A stretch of 64,000 nt of DNA from Raillietiella orientalis (taxonomy: Eukaryota): assembly GCA_036172245.1 (NCBI GenBank), contig JAYWIR010000004.1, forward strand, positions 1,860,001 to 1,924,000. The letters run 5' to 3'. This document shows, in pieces, positions 35,792 to 46,669 of this stretch (position 1 is its first letter; every line of letters begins with the position of its first letter). The position numbers and the translations under genes were made by a program. The notes under the pieces are model-generated. The model was given only the letters and a program-made list of their open reading frames with translations. It had not been told where the DNA came from and ran no database searches.

Positions 35792-38382
35792 TTAAGAGAT
35801 GAACTGGGCAGGGTTGAAGTCTGGATTAACCATTGAGAAGCCCTGGAATTCATCCTGGTTGATAGTGCGCACTACTTCTTGATTGATAGGAGTCAGCACT
35901 GGATCCTCTTTGGTAAATTCTGTATCAAAATTGATGGCATCTCTTTTGCCTCTCTGAAAACAATCTTGAGACTACATACAATATTGATCACTTACTGTTT
36001 TGGGTCGAAAAGGAGGTTTAATTTTGCGCAATTCCAGAGCTTCCCAGTCCATAGACCTAAAGAAAGCATGTCGCCGAATAGCATATTCACCTCCTTGGGA
36101 CTCCACACAGCCCAGCCTTTTTGCTGGATTTTTGGTCATGAATCCCTTGAGGATAGCCACAGCATCCTTGCTTAACCAGACAGGATAAAGAACATCATCG
36201 TGCAAGATAGATTCGAAGAGATCATCTTCATTATCAGCCTCAAAGGGGGGCTGACCTGCCATCATTTCATACATGAGTACACCCAGGGCCCACCAATCCA
36301 CACTGCACCCATAATCCAGCTCTTGTAGAATCTCAGGAGCAATATAATCAGGAGTGCCACAGAAAGTGGATGTCAGCACACAATTTTTGATTCCTTCTTT
36401 GCACATTCCAAAATCAGCAATTTTACAATGGCCTTCAAAGTCAAGGAGAATGTTATCTAGCTTCAGGTCTCGATAGACCACACCATGATGATGCAAGAAC
36501 TGGAGAGCCAAAGTGACTTCAGAAGCATAAAATCGAGCCCTAGGCTCATCAAATTTGCGTGCTCTTTGAATCTGGAACATGAGATCACCACCATTGACAT
36601 ACTCCATAATAAAGAATAAACGATCCTGTAAGAATATAGGTCAAACACATTTCGAAATGTAGCACATACTTCAGTTTGGAAACAGGAATGTAGAGCTGTG
36701 AGAAAGGGATGTCGTGCTGATAAAGCCAAGATTCTTTTTTCCGTCATAGTGCATTCAACATCATCATCCTGGATAATAACGTCTTTTTTCAGAATCTACA
36801 AAATGCTTAGTGAACTACAGGAAACTTTTACAGTCTTTCACCTTCATTGCATACACTTCATCTGTGCCTTTCAATTCTGCCAACATGACTTTCCCAAAAC
36901 TACCCTTTCCCAACACCTTGATAAACACAAAATCAGATAACCTTGGAGTTTTGATAGCACCAGGTAAATCCACTCCACTTTCTAAAACAAATACTATTCT
37001 GCATAATGGGTTGTTCCTTTACCATTATATTCATTCTTTCTCAACACTGAAGCATGGCTTTCCTTACACTTCAATTCTCGTTCATTCATCACTTTCTGAG
37101 CAGCAATACGTAGCTGCAGTTCTTCCTCTAAGGCCACTCCAGATGTATCTGGAGGTAGCAGACTGTCACCCCGAGAGCTCAGACTCCGAGATAGAGCCAG
37201 TGGACTAGGAGTACTAATTGAAGGCTTCTTCTTTTTACCAACTTGCAGCTTCTGAGAAGAGATGCCAAGCATGGAAAGGATTTCAGCTAACTGCTTGGTA
37301 TTGATACCACAATTATTGGCTACATTCTTTACACATCTCTTATGAACATTCATGTTGCAAACTAAAAGAAAGTAAACCAATACCTTTAACATAAAAGAAT
37401 TTTCCTCACCTTTGCACTGTAAACCTTGCTGGAAAAGACCATAGAGTAAGGAACCACAATGATCACAAAAAGTGAATCGTTTATAGTTATGGACTTCAAA
37501 TCGGTGAGGAACGTTCACACTAAATCTCTGACTCATGTCTTCAGGACATATTTCCTCCATAGGAGCAGTCATTCCAGGGCATTTTGTTATCACATATCCA
37601 TGACAACGTTTATGTACAACACAAGTACACACTAGAAAAATACATCCATATAGCATTCACCAATGAATGCATTTATTTACCTTGGCACTGATACCCCTGT
37701 TTTCCCAATCCCCATATGAAATCTCGGCAATGTGAGCAAAAAGTAGGTTGTCGCAAAAACGTAGCCATAAACTTATGACCATTCACTTGATGTACACGCC
37801 TTCTCATAGCACCTCTTCGACGATTGAATCCTCCCCTCTCTCTGAACTCCCGTGGTTTCCCATCTGGCGTGTTAGGTTGCTCTACACAACAGTTATTGAT
37901 GCACAAAACGAATTTTTTCTACCTCGCAGATTCCAAGATTTCAATTCAATAATTACATGAATCTTTCCTTGAGGTTCCAAGTCAACCTGCCAAACAAAGA
38001 GAAACTTAATACATTGAAATCTTTTGAGCAATCTTCTACTGACCCAAATATCTGATGTTTCCTTATCAGTAAGATCTTCAAATGGAATGTTGCAATTAGC
38101 AACAAAGTCATCCGGTGGTATGGCTGCACTGTGGAATACAGTAAGCCCAATATTTTGTGCTTTGGTAACATTATAAGTAAAGCTTTCATTCCAGACAGGT
38201 GTCAAAGTTTTTGGCTTGGCAGATGTCCTATTTACATGAACTTCATCAACATCCACGGAAACATAAGGGTCCAGCATTTGAATTTCTCCTTTACTAAGGG
38301 GTATATTATGTCGAATCTGAAACTGTGTTGGCTTCAAATCAGATGCTTCGCATATCTTCACTTTAATATTTCCAGAAAACAT
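35792..38382 (-). CDS. Pkc98E: Protein kinase C, novel class (epsilon/eta; Pkc98E ortholog), 740 aa
   Basis: Exons 38382-38044, 37986-37923, 37881-37681, 37631-37410, 37361-37023, 36981-36842, 36795-36670, 36625-35996 and 35953-35792 give 2223 nt, all introns GT-AG and in frame. Domains: N-terminal C2 ([14 protein letters not shown]), pseudosubstrate [11 protein letters not shown], two C1 domains ([34 protein letters not shown]), [29 protein letters not shown], turn motif PVLTP. Confidence 0.96.
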
Positions 38383-39549
38383 TGAAAATGCTTGGATGCA
38401 AAGATATGTTACAGAACTGATACAGTCACTCAATTAAACTTGTAGAATGAATTATCTGGAAAGCAAATAGAAGAGACTCAAAACATTATTCTGATGATTT
38501 CCCTTAAATTTCAAAATAAACAAGAATCAGAAAATGATGTACCTTTGACAATGAAATCATACTTCCTATAATATGCATCTTTCAATTTCTTAAAATATAC
38601 ACGTGATGAAATAAATAATGTAAACATGAATGTAGATAAGCCATCATTAAATGTTGCATCGTAAAATTATTTCATTAGATTCCTATCCGATAACTTCAAT
38701 TACCACATTTGTTGAACAAAATATACACTTTCTATGCACATTTGCATTTCAATGTCTGAAACTAACAAACATTCAAGAATCAATAATCTCTTATTACATC
38801 ACACACTTTGAAAAATGCTTAAATAATCCCCATTCTTAATGTATATGTCCTGAAGGGAAACACAGGTTACTCATAAATCAATAAAGGAAAAGCCCCTGGT
38901 TTAACAGTTGTTAACACAAACAGAGAATACACGAATTTCTAATACTCTAAGACCAAGAAAATTCATTGTATCCCTCATATGATATACACTTAATTGAGCA
39001 TCCAGGCTCCATGATAACATATTGCGTGTTTTCTGAGAATCGAATAAACTCAAATTAATTCTTTTTGCTGTGACGACAAGGATATAATGCATTCATTAAA
39101 ACATGTGCAAACGTGTTAAAAAAAAAGTTATCTTCCATTCATTTGGCTTCGATGATTAAAGTTTCTCGCTCCAAAATTCCACCTTCACACTTTTTCACAG
39201 GGAATTATGCACCACAACTGCAATGTATCTCGACTATTTTGACACTTGCAATCTTTCATATCTTGATGCCACAAGGAACTGGGACATCAGTTATAAGAAT
39301 ACTGCAGCCCGGAAACCTTTTCCTTTTCGAAATTTCAAAAGGCTCACGATCACTTTCATGATTTCGATTCTGCACACAGAACACTCAAAATTGCACACAG
39401 ATTCTGCTTGTTTTCGTTTACGTTATCATCATGCAGTTGGAGTGGGAACAGTAATAAGGGAATAAATTACGACTAAGTAAAATTGTACCAACAAGAAAGG
39501 TTGGTCGGAAACGGATCAACTAATCCAGCATCAGAGATGCTTCCAAAAT

Positions 39550-39680
39550 CCTCCCAATAAGCCGGCCATTTCATCATACGTTCAAAATTGTGTGTGCATT
39601 AAAAACCAATAGCTTGAATTTCATATAAACCATAGATTACCCAGAGTTCCGTTCTAGATACATAATGGCGAATTAAACTG
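39550..39680. promoter_or_regulatory. Candidate bidirectional promoter between PKC and ISCA2
   Basis: Lies between the head-to-head genes. CCAAT boxes at 39554-39558 and 39605-39609; YY1/Pho-like cores in opposite orientations (GCCATT 39565-39570; AATGGCG 39664-39670). Confidence 0.4.
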
Positions 39681-40755
39681 ATGTGGAAATTGATGTGGAA
39701 TCTCAAAGAGGTTTGCACAACGTTGAGCAAGCGGCGTGCTTTTCGTTATAAAGGTATATTATCTGTTGAAAATATACATTCATCCCGTAATCACACTTTC
39801 TAGAATGCATAGTGGTTTCATGAAGCATGTTAACTCAGCTGAAGATGGCTGAGCATATGCTTGTATAAAAAATTCATATGTTTGCAATGGAGTTTGCTTA
39901 ACGATAATAGCACTGCCTTTTCCCATCCTTTACTCTTCTCTGTATTTGGTGGTCGGCAATACGAAGGCTCACCCTCGGTCAATAACTTCGTCATCTCACT
40001 ACTAGCACGCATGATAATACTAACATGACACACGAAAATGCAAATTCAACTAATTAAAGAGTGATTTACCGACATATTTGTTCGTACAATCCTCGTTTAC
40101 GGCTCGGTAAACGCAATTAGATCCTATTAATAACGTTCCCATGATCAATTCCGACTCGAATTGAAGGATCTGCAGACACGAAACGCGACCAGGATGGTGA
40201 GCATTTCCCATTAGACGCCACACATTGCATGATTGGTTGAATAAAAACGAGTAGTCGGAGGAACAGATGATTTATTAAAGCAGTTTACATTTTTAGGGCA
40301 CCAAGCTTGGAAGTTCATACGCATCGCCCGTTGAATCAGTTGAACAAAGGCGATGATCAACTAAAGTTTACTCAGAACTGCATCCAGAAATTAAAAACAG
40401 TGTGCAACGATGGAAGTAAACTACGTGTATCTGTTGAAGGAGGAGGATGTTCTGGTTTCCAGTACAAATTTGAACTTGTAAATGAAATTGAAGAAAATGA
40501 CAAGTAAGACGATGTATGCCTGCTCACTTATCAATTTCTGAAAGGGTATTTCAACAAGACCAAGTGAGTGTTGTCGTTGATCCCAGTTCACTGGAACTTC
40601 TCAAGGGTGCAATACTGGACTATCATGAAGAGCTGATTAAATCATCCTTCCGTATAGTAAATAATCCTCAAGCTGAACAGGGATGCTCTTGTGGAATTTC
40701 TTTTGCTATAAAATTTCCTTTCAGCCAGGAACCGCAGAATAAACAGAATTCCTAG
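39681..40755 (+). CDS. ISCA2: Iron-sulfur cluster assembly 2 homolog, mitochondrial (A-type carrier), ~167 aa
   Basis: Core exons 40284-40503 and 40545-40755 (41-nt intron) encode LRVSVEGGGCSGFQYKF, VVVDPSSLELLKGAILDYHEELIKSSF and NPQAEQGCSCGISF. Tentative exon 1 (39681-39753; MWKLMWNLKEVCTTLSKRRAFRYK, presequence-like) joins in phase 1 to an AAG/CAG tandem acceptor at 40280/40283. Exon 1 is less certain than the core. Confidence 0.9.
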
Positions 40756-43700
40756 CATTTGGCTTTTTTCTTCGAAAAGATTTAATTTTTTCCAGCAAGT
40801 TCACTCATCTTACCTTAATTTGTACCTGGAATTGCAGTTGTTCATTAACCTCAGTTTTGGCCGCCAACTGTTGATTCATGTGGGCCAAATGATCAGACAT
40901 GGTTGCCAATTGACTGCTGTAGTTATCCGCTGTTGTGCTAAGTTCTTCTTGAGACTTTAATAAGGCTTGCTGACAGTGCTCTAAATCCTTTTTCAAACCA
41001 TCTTTGCTTTGCTGCAGCAATTCAACTCTGCACTGTAATGCCTGGCATTCTGCATAGAATGCTACTAGTTTGCTGTCCATCAACTGCGTTTTTTCAATAT
41101 AGCCTGAGATCCGCTGATTGAAATAGTTTTTCAGTTGCTCCTCCTCATATGTACACAAACGTGCACACAGCTCCTGACATCATAAATAATAATACTTTTA
41201 TTATGCAGGGGTCACCTGTGTTTCCATTTTCATACACGAGATGCAGATGTTATTATTGGAATGTTCCCCCTTCTCATGGTTGCTGAGCAAGTTCTTTACT
41301 TGTAATTCTAATGCTTGACTTTTCTAAACAGAATAGCATAATGCCAAGTCAATCCAGCTTACCTGATCAGCCTTTTCCAGTTTTATGCTACACAGCTGAT
41401 ACTCCAACATCCAATGTTCTTTCTGCTGCTTCAATTTAATTACTTTCTGTTCACAAGTATTCAGTTCCTCCTTTATTTTCTGAAGTTGGTTATTATCACT
41501 ATTCTTCTTGTGCTCAAGTGCCTCTTGATAAGGTACACTGACAGGCTCCTCCTGTAAAATATGCTAGCTTGACTCTTAATAATGCATGAGACCTCTTGCA
41601 GGTTTTGCAGATACTGGATAGCTTTCTGAAGGAGCTCACTGGTTGAATCAGCTGCAGGGAGCATATAGGTTTCGTCTGCATTCTGTGGAATGTAGTTCTG
41701 GAGATTTACTAGGATCTACATCAATATAACAGAAATAAGAAGTTCCTTTTAATTTACCTACCTTATCCACACATTCTGCTAAATGAATCAAATCAGTCTG
41801 GATGCATAAATCCAAATGCTTCTGCTGCTCATCAGCCACTTGCAAACTGATAATTTCCGTAACTTTGGACACAAAAGCTGTCTTCAAAACTGCATGGCAT
41901 GACTATTGATTTTATTTTATTTCTTTCAACTTTTACCATCAAAATTGGTATTCAGAAGTTTCATGTTTTTCATAAGTCCGTCAACCGCAGATGAATTGAA
42001 GCAACTATGGTTGTCTAGCTCTTTGTTTACACTCGAATATTGTTTGTTATCATGGTGAAAAACTCACCATTTTGAATTTTCCTTAGTTGGCATGCAAGTG
42101 TTTGCAGTGTAGCATCTAGCTGCTCTAGGGCAGCATGAAATTCCATTGTATGTACTTCAAGAGACAAAGTAAAATAGGGGAATGCACACTCAAGTGTCAG
42201 ACTAAATTAGATGATGAACATCGTATGCTGAAATTTTTCCTATACCTTTTAAGAAGGAGTGGCATCAAGCTATGATGATAATCAACCCAGTTAGAAAAAG
42301 CATCTTGTAATTTCTCGAACTTCTGAAATGCTTGTCGAGTGACCAATGGATTTTTCCTGACACTATCATGCAAAACGGAAACTTCTCTTTCCAGTGGATT
42401 TAAATAGATAACATGAGCACTTAGACTCTGCTGCAACTGTATGACAATTTTTGCTGAAATGCTTCCCTTAGACATCTTATACTTGACTCAGATCTTGAGG
42501 GTCCATGTCATCAACAAATATAAAATGCATCCGCTGCTCCAAATGTTTGTAGAAAGAAGCCATGTACGAAACAAACTGTTTACTTAAGCTCTGCACAACC
42601 TCCATCAGCTGTCTTAGTTGTGCACCATAGAAAGTATAACCAGGTGGAACATTTAAGGCGCATGTAACAGGATAATCTAAGAAATCCAGTTCTGCAAGCC
42701 ACATAGGGAATAGAAATTGCAAACCAGTGCATGCAAGGGGAAAATTGGTTTTTAAAATTTGAGTTGCCATGTGGTGTTGTGACTCCAGTCTGTCCAGCTT
42801 GCTTGTTAACATCTTCTGGCAAAGATGAGCTTCTTGCAACTGATTTAGCAAATTCAACTCTTGATTATGTAAAAGAATTGCCTCTTGTTGCAGTTTGTTG
42901 ACAGCTTCCTAAAATTACCATTTCTCATGATGGAAAGAAAACAGTAACCACCTCAGGTTGGAAAAAAAAACAATAACCACCTAGGGTTGGATCTTTATTT
43001 CAGAAACAATTTTTTCATGTGCAATGGAGGAATGTTGTATGGTTTCATACTGAGGTCTTAATGCATCCATTTCTTGCATATAAACTTGCTGCCTTTCTGA
43101 AATCTGAATCCACATCTATGCTGAATAGGATTTCATCGCAGATCTTGTACATGCATCCCACCTTGGAAATGGGTTTTTCATTTTCCAGTATTTTATTTTG
43201 TAATTCTTCTTGAAAGACATGACATTCAGCATTATAACTAGCTTGGGATACATCAAGGATTCCTTAACTTTGCGTGTTCTTTCTAACCATCTGAAATGAT
43301 CAAAATTCAAATGAACTATTTTCAGAGGTACCCACTGGAAAGCAAAGTTTCTATCAGTAACATCACTGATTATAGAAATTAATTATCAAAGGTCAGGAAC
43401 ATACTAAATTTGAAGCCTACATTTAATAAATACCTATTAAAGAAAACTTTTCGTTTATAATCTTCCACCCTCACCACATGCTAATATTTATTACACAATA
43501 ACTACTCTGAATCCTGGGTTGCTCCCTCACCATTACATTCATGTTTTTTCAACACTGAAGAGTAGCTCTGTTTACAGATCAATTCACATTCATTCATCAC
43601 TTTCTTAGAAGAAATACCTAGCTGTAATTCTTCTTCTAAGGCCACTTCGGATGTAGCTGGCATCAAAGATTCCTTTAATTTTCGTCTTCTTTCTAACCAT

Positions 43701-44578
43701 CTAAAATGATCAAAATTCAAATGAATTAATTCAAAGGTGCTCACTGGAAACGAAAGTTTCTATCAGTACCATCACTGATTACAGAAATTGATTATGAAAA
43801 TTTGACATATCTTAAATTCAAAGCCTACATTTAATGGATAGCCACTGAAGGAAAATTTTCAGTGATATTCTTGCATTCTCACCACATGCCAATTTTTTAA
43901 ATTTGTTGCAATACTCATTTCCTAAGAATTAATCAAGATGTTTTATGTACCCGTGATTCCAGTTCACTAAGAAGAAATTCTATCCTTTTTGAAAGTTGCT
44001 GGTTTCGAAAATTAAGACTATCAATTTCTTGATCCTTTCTTCTTATTTGCTGATCATTTTCAATACACTGTTTCTAGAAAAGCATAAAGTTTTCGTAATT
44101 TTAACTTCCCAAATAAAAAGGAACCATTGTTCCGTGTGCTGTTTTGATGAGGTTTCTCGTTTGTGAAACTATTCCTTTACAAATGATTGAGTACAGCAAT
44201 TCAGGAGAAACACAAATACTAGTACTGCAAATTCATGCAAGATTCAGTAAATTTCTCATAAAAATTAAGCATGCAGCTACTGTAATTACTGATTCTATAA
44301 GCACATATGAAGCTTAATCTTTGTTCTAAGAGTATATTCTAATGCCAACAGTAATAATAGGAACCCCATTAACTTTTGATGCTTACTTTATTCTCTGCAA
44401 TAATATTCTGAGCTTCCGCCAGTGCCTTTTTTAACAGAGCATTTTGAGCTCTAGCCTAAAATATGTCATAAGATTAAAAATATGTACAATGCTAACCACT
44501 TTTAACCTTTGAATACTCAGATGCAAGTTTTTGATACTTGACTTTCATATCGCTGGGCAAATCGATCTCTTTTTCCAT
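40752..44578 (-). CDS. PPP1R21: Protein phosphatase 1 regulatory subunit 21 (FERRY complex scaffold) homolog; exons 4-5 carry nonsense codons
   Basis: Exon 1 44578-44507 (MEKEIDLPSDMKVKYQKLASEYSK), exon 2 44455-44387 (ARAQNALLKKAL), exon 3 44073-43951 (KDQEIDSLNFRNQQLSKRIE). Later motifs ALNVP, SVPYQEAL, KEHWMLEYQL, DSKLVAFYAECQAL and YSSQLATMSDHLAHMN match PPP1R21. The frame is intact from the exon starting at 42908 onward. Predicted last exon 40769-40752 (KKAKC*) after a 44-nt intron; if unspliced, the ORF ends at 40805. Confidence 0.88.
43251..43898. repeat. Diverged ~240-bp direct duplication of the PPP1R21 intron 3/exon 4 junction (43251-43490 and 43661-43898) flanking the PKC fragment
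   Basis: Shared blocks such as CATCAA(G/A)GATTCCTT, TTCTAACCATCT(G/A)AAATGATCAAAATTCAAATGAA, AAAGTTTCTATCAGTA, AAGCCTACATTTAAT and TCACCACATGC at an offset of ~408-410 bp. Confidence 0.9.
43501..43660 (-). pseudogene. Duplicated fragment of the PKC gene (3' part of exon 5 plus most of intron 5) inserted inside PPP1R21
   Basis: Gapless alignment to 36993-37152; my hand count gives 129/160 identical (~81%). Encodes [42 protein letters not shown] versus [45 protein letters not shown]. Confidence 0.92.
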
Positions 44579-46669
44579 TATACGCAGATTTTTATCATTT
44601 AAAGTTAAGTCAAGGTAACAAACTTGTGCATTTTCCTTTATTCCTTTCCTTTCGAATCTTGACACCAACGATAGTCGTCATGCTTCTTACTCTTACTGGC
44701 TCATATCTGTCGGCAGATTCAAAATTCACTTTGCCCTTATGCAGGACTCTACACGCAAGAGGATAAGTAATCCTTTGATATCAAATAAGATATTGATTCA
44801 GTTCTGCAAATGCAAATATGGAATTTCGACATTCTTATTATCGAGTGTACAAACGTTTTAACTACTGATACTATTCATAAATACTTAATGAAAACATTAA
44901 AATACTTTTTGTGTAAATAACATACAATGCTGAGAGATGGCAAGATTCACAAAATAATAATTTTGGATCAATCGGAAAAATTCATTCTTCTCTTATGTTT
45001 GGACATTCATTTTTGTAATATTGAGCTGCATAGTTTATGCCATTATTGAAGCTGCAATCAATGAGAATCTCTCTCCTGAAGTGATATGAACTGACAGTTA
45101 CAAAAGAGTGAAAAAATACTAATACAATGTCTAAGAATAAGTTATCTGAATAAAAAATGAAATCATTATTTTAGTTATGAAAATCGAATGCGTATCCAAA
45201 AGCATTTCCTTGGGAGAATCGAGCTCATTTTCCCATTCTTTCTCCACAATTTGTAGCGAAAAGTGACTCTATCATTCAGAGGTCAAAAAAAGGCATTTAA
45301 AAACATGTTTGAAACAGGCACCTTTCAACTACGAAGTTTATACAAAAGCGATTGAATATAGAAAGGCATGGGATTGAATGGGGACTTTTGAATCGATTTA
45401 ACACGAATTTTTGTCTTTTTCGTGCTTAATGATATTGAAAAAATCACTTTGAGAGCCACAAGAATGACTGCATGGGGTGATCTTTCTTGAATTTTTCGTA
45501 AACGGATAGTTCTATGTAGTATTTTGCTGTGCACCGATTTTTGAATATAATCTAAAGGCTTCCTGAATAAAATCTTTTTAAAAATGAAACCAGTTTTGAA
45601 AGATTTAAAAATAATCAGTGAATATTTCTGCAAGGATTATTCCATCATTCTCTGAGGTATACAGTATGTGACGTAAAATATTGCTATCTAAGGTGATAAA
45701 ATTCAGTTGGGAGTGTACTTCTGCTTTGTTTTCGATATGGGAGATGATCATTCTCCCGTTTTTCGAAATTAAATTGAAGGAATTTGAATACCGAAAAAAT
45801 ACAAAGCAGCTTTCAGCAAAGATGCAAACTTATATTGCGACGCTTCGAAATACCAGATTTAGAGAAAACGCATAAGTAATGAATTTGGTAAATTTTATTT
45901 CCTAATAAGGTGAGTATCTCTGATGATTATGTGAAAATACTACAATATAAAAAGGGTGTATGACAAATCAGAAAGCTGAATCTGGTCCACATTTGACTGT
46001 GAGAGTATTCCAAACAGTTACCCTTTCCTCACATACAAGATGAGATACACAGTCCATTTCAATGAGAACATAGTTCTTCAGAAGTAAATCACGAAAAAAC
46101 ATCCAAGAAAAGAAATTATTTTACAGGAACGACCAATATCATAGTTCAAACTCTAAGCTGAAAGCAACTTCATAAGTGTATACAAGCCTCATTTCGGAAA
46201 ACGTACGTAAGTACTGAAAAAATTTTTGCGTTTCTACTGTTCATTTTCGTACCACTTAATTGATTTGTGGAGCTGACTATACAAAATTTTTATTTTTATT
46301 TGCTCGACTGCTGTTATACAAAAATGGCAGGTCTTTTTATTCAAGTGATATTTATCTTTACCGTCAAAACTCCTCCAAAATTAAACAAGAATTCAAGTCG
46401 TATCAGCCGTATGTCAAGCTTTAGAAGTCATTAAGGAAAACTCTATTTTTCATGAAGCGCATCATCAAATCATCAATGAAAACCCTGCAAGTTCCTGAAA
46501 GGTTTTCTTTTAGATGGTACTCCAAAAAGTCAAATTTGTTTGTGTATAGATCTGGTAATCCTCTTATTTGTAGACAAAAACTTTAGGAAGTCCCGTGATA
46601 TGTAGGCGTAGCATTTATTTCCTGCATAACTTTGCTACAAAAATTCCGAATTCTGTAATTGCACTAAAT

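Noticed and set aside
40194..40202. ATG|GTGAGC as the ISCA2 start exon
   Set aside because: I found no phase-0 acceptor in frame with the ISCA2 core; the phase-1 exon at 39681-39753 fits instead.
42981..43266. Stop-codon reassignment (TAA/TAG read as sense) to explain the PPP1R21 stops
   Set aside because: PKC ends in TAA and ISCA2 in TAG, no other conserved exon has internal stops, and duplicate copies show the sense codons (AAA, GAG).
43886..43921. Possible 36-nt PPP1R21 micro-exon (EMSIATNLKNWH)
   Set aside because: It would need a 29-nt intron, below the 41-nt floor seen here, and shows no similarity to PPP1R21.
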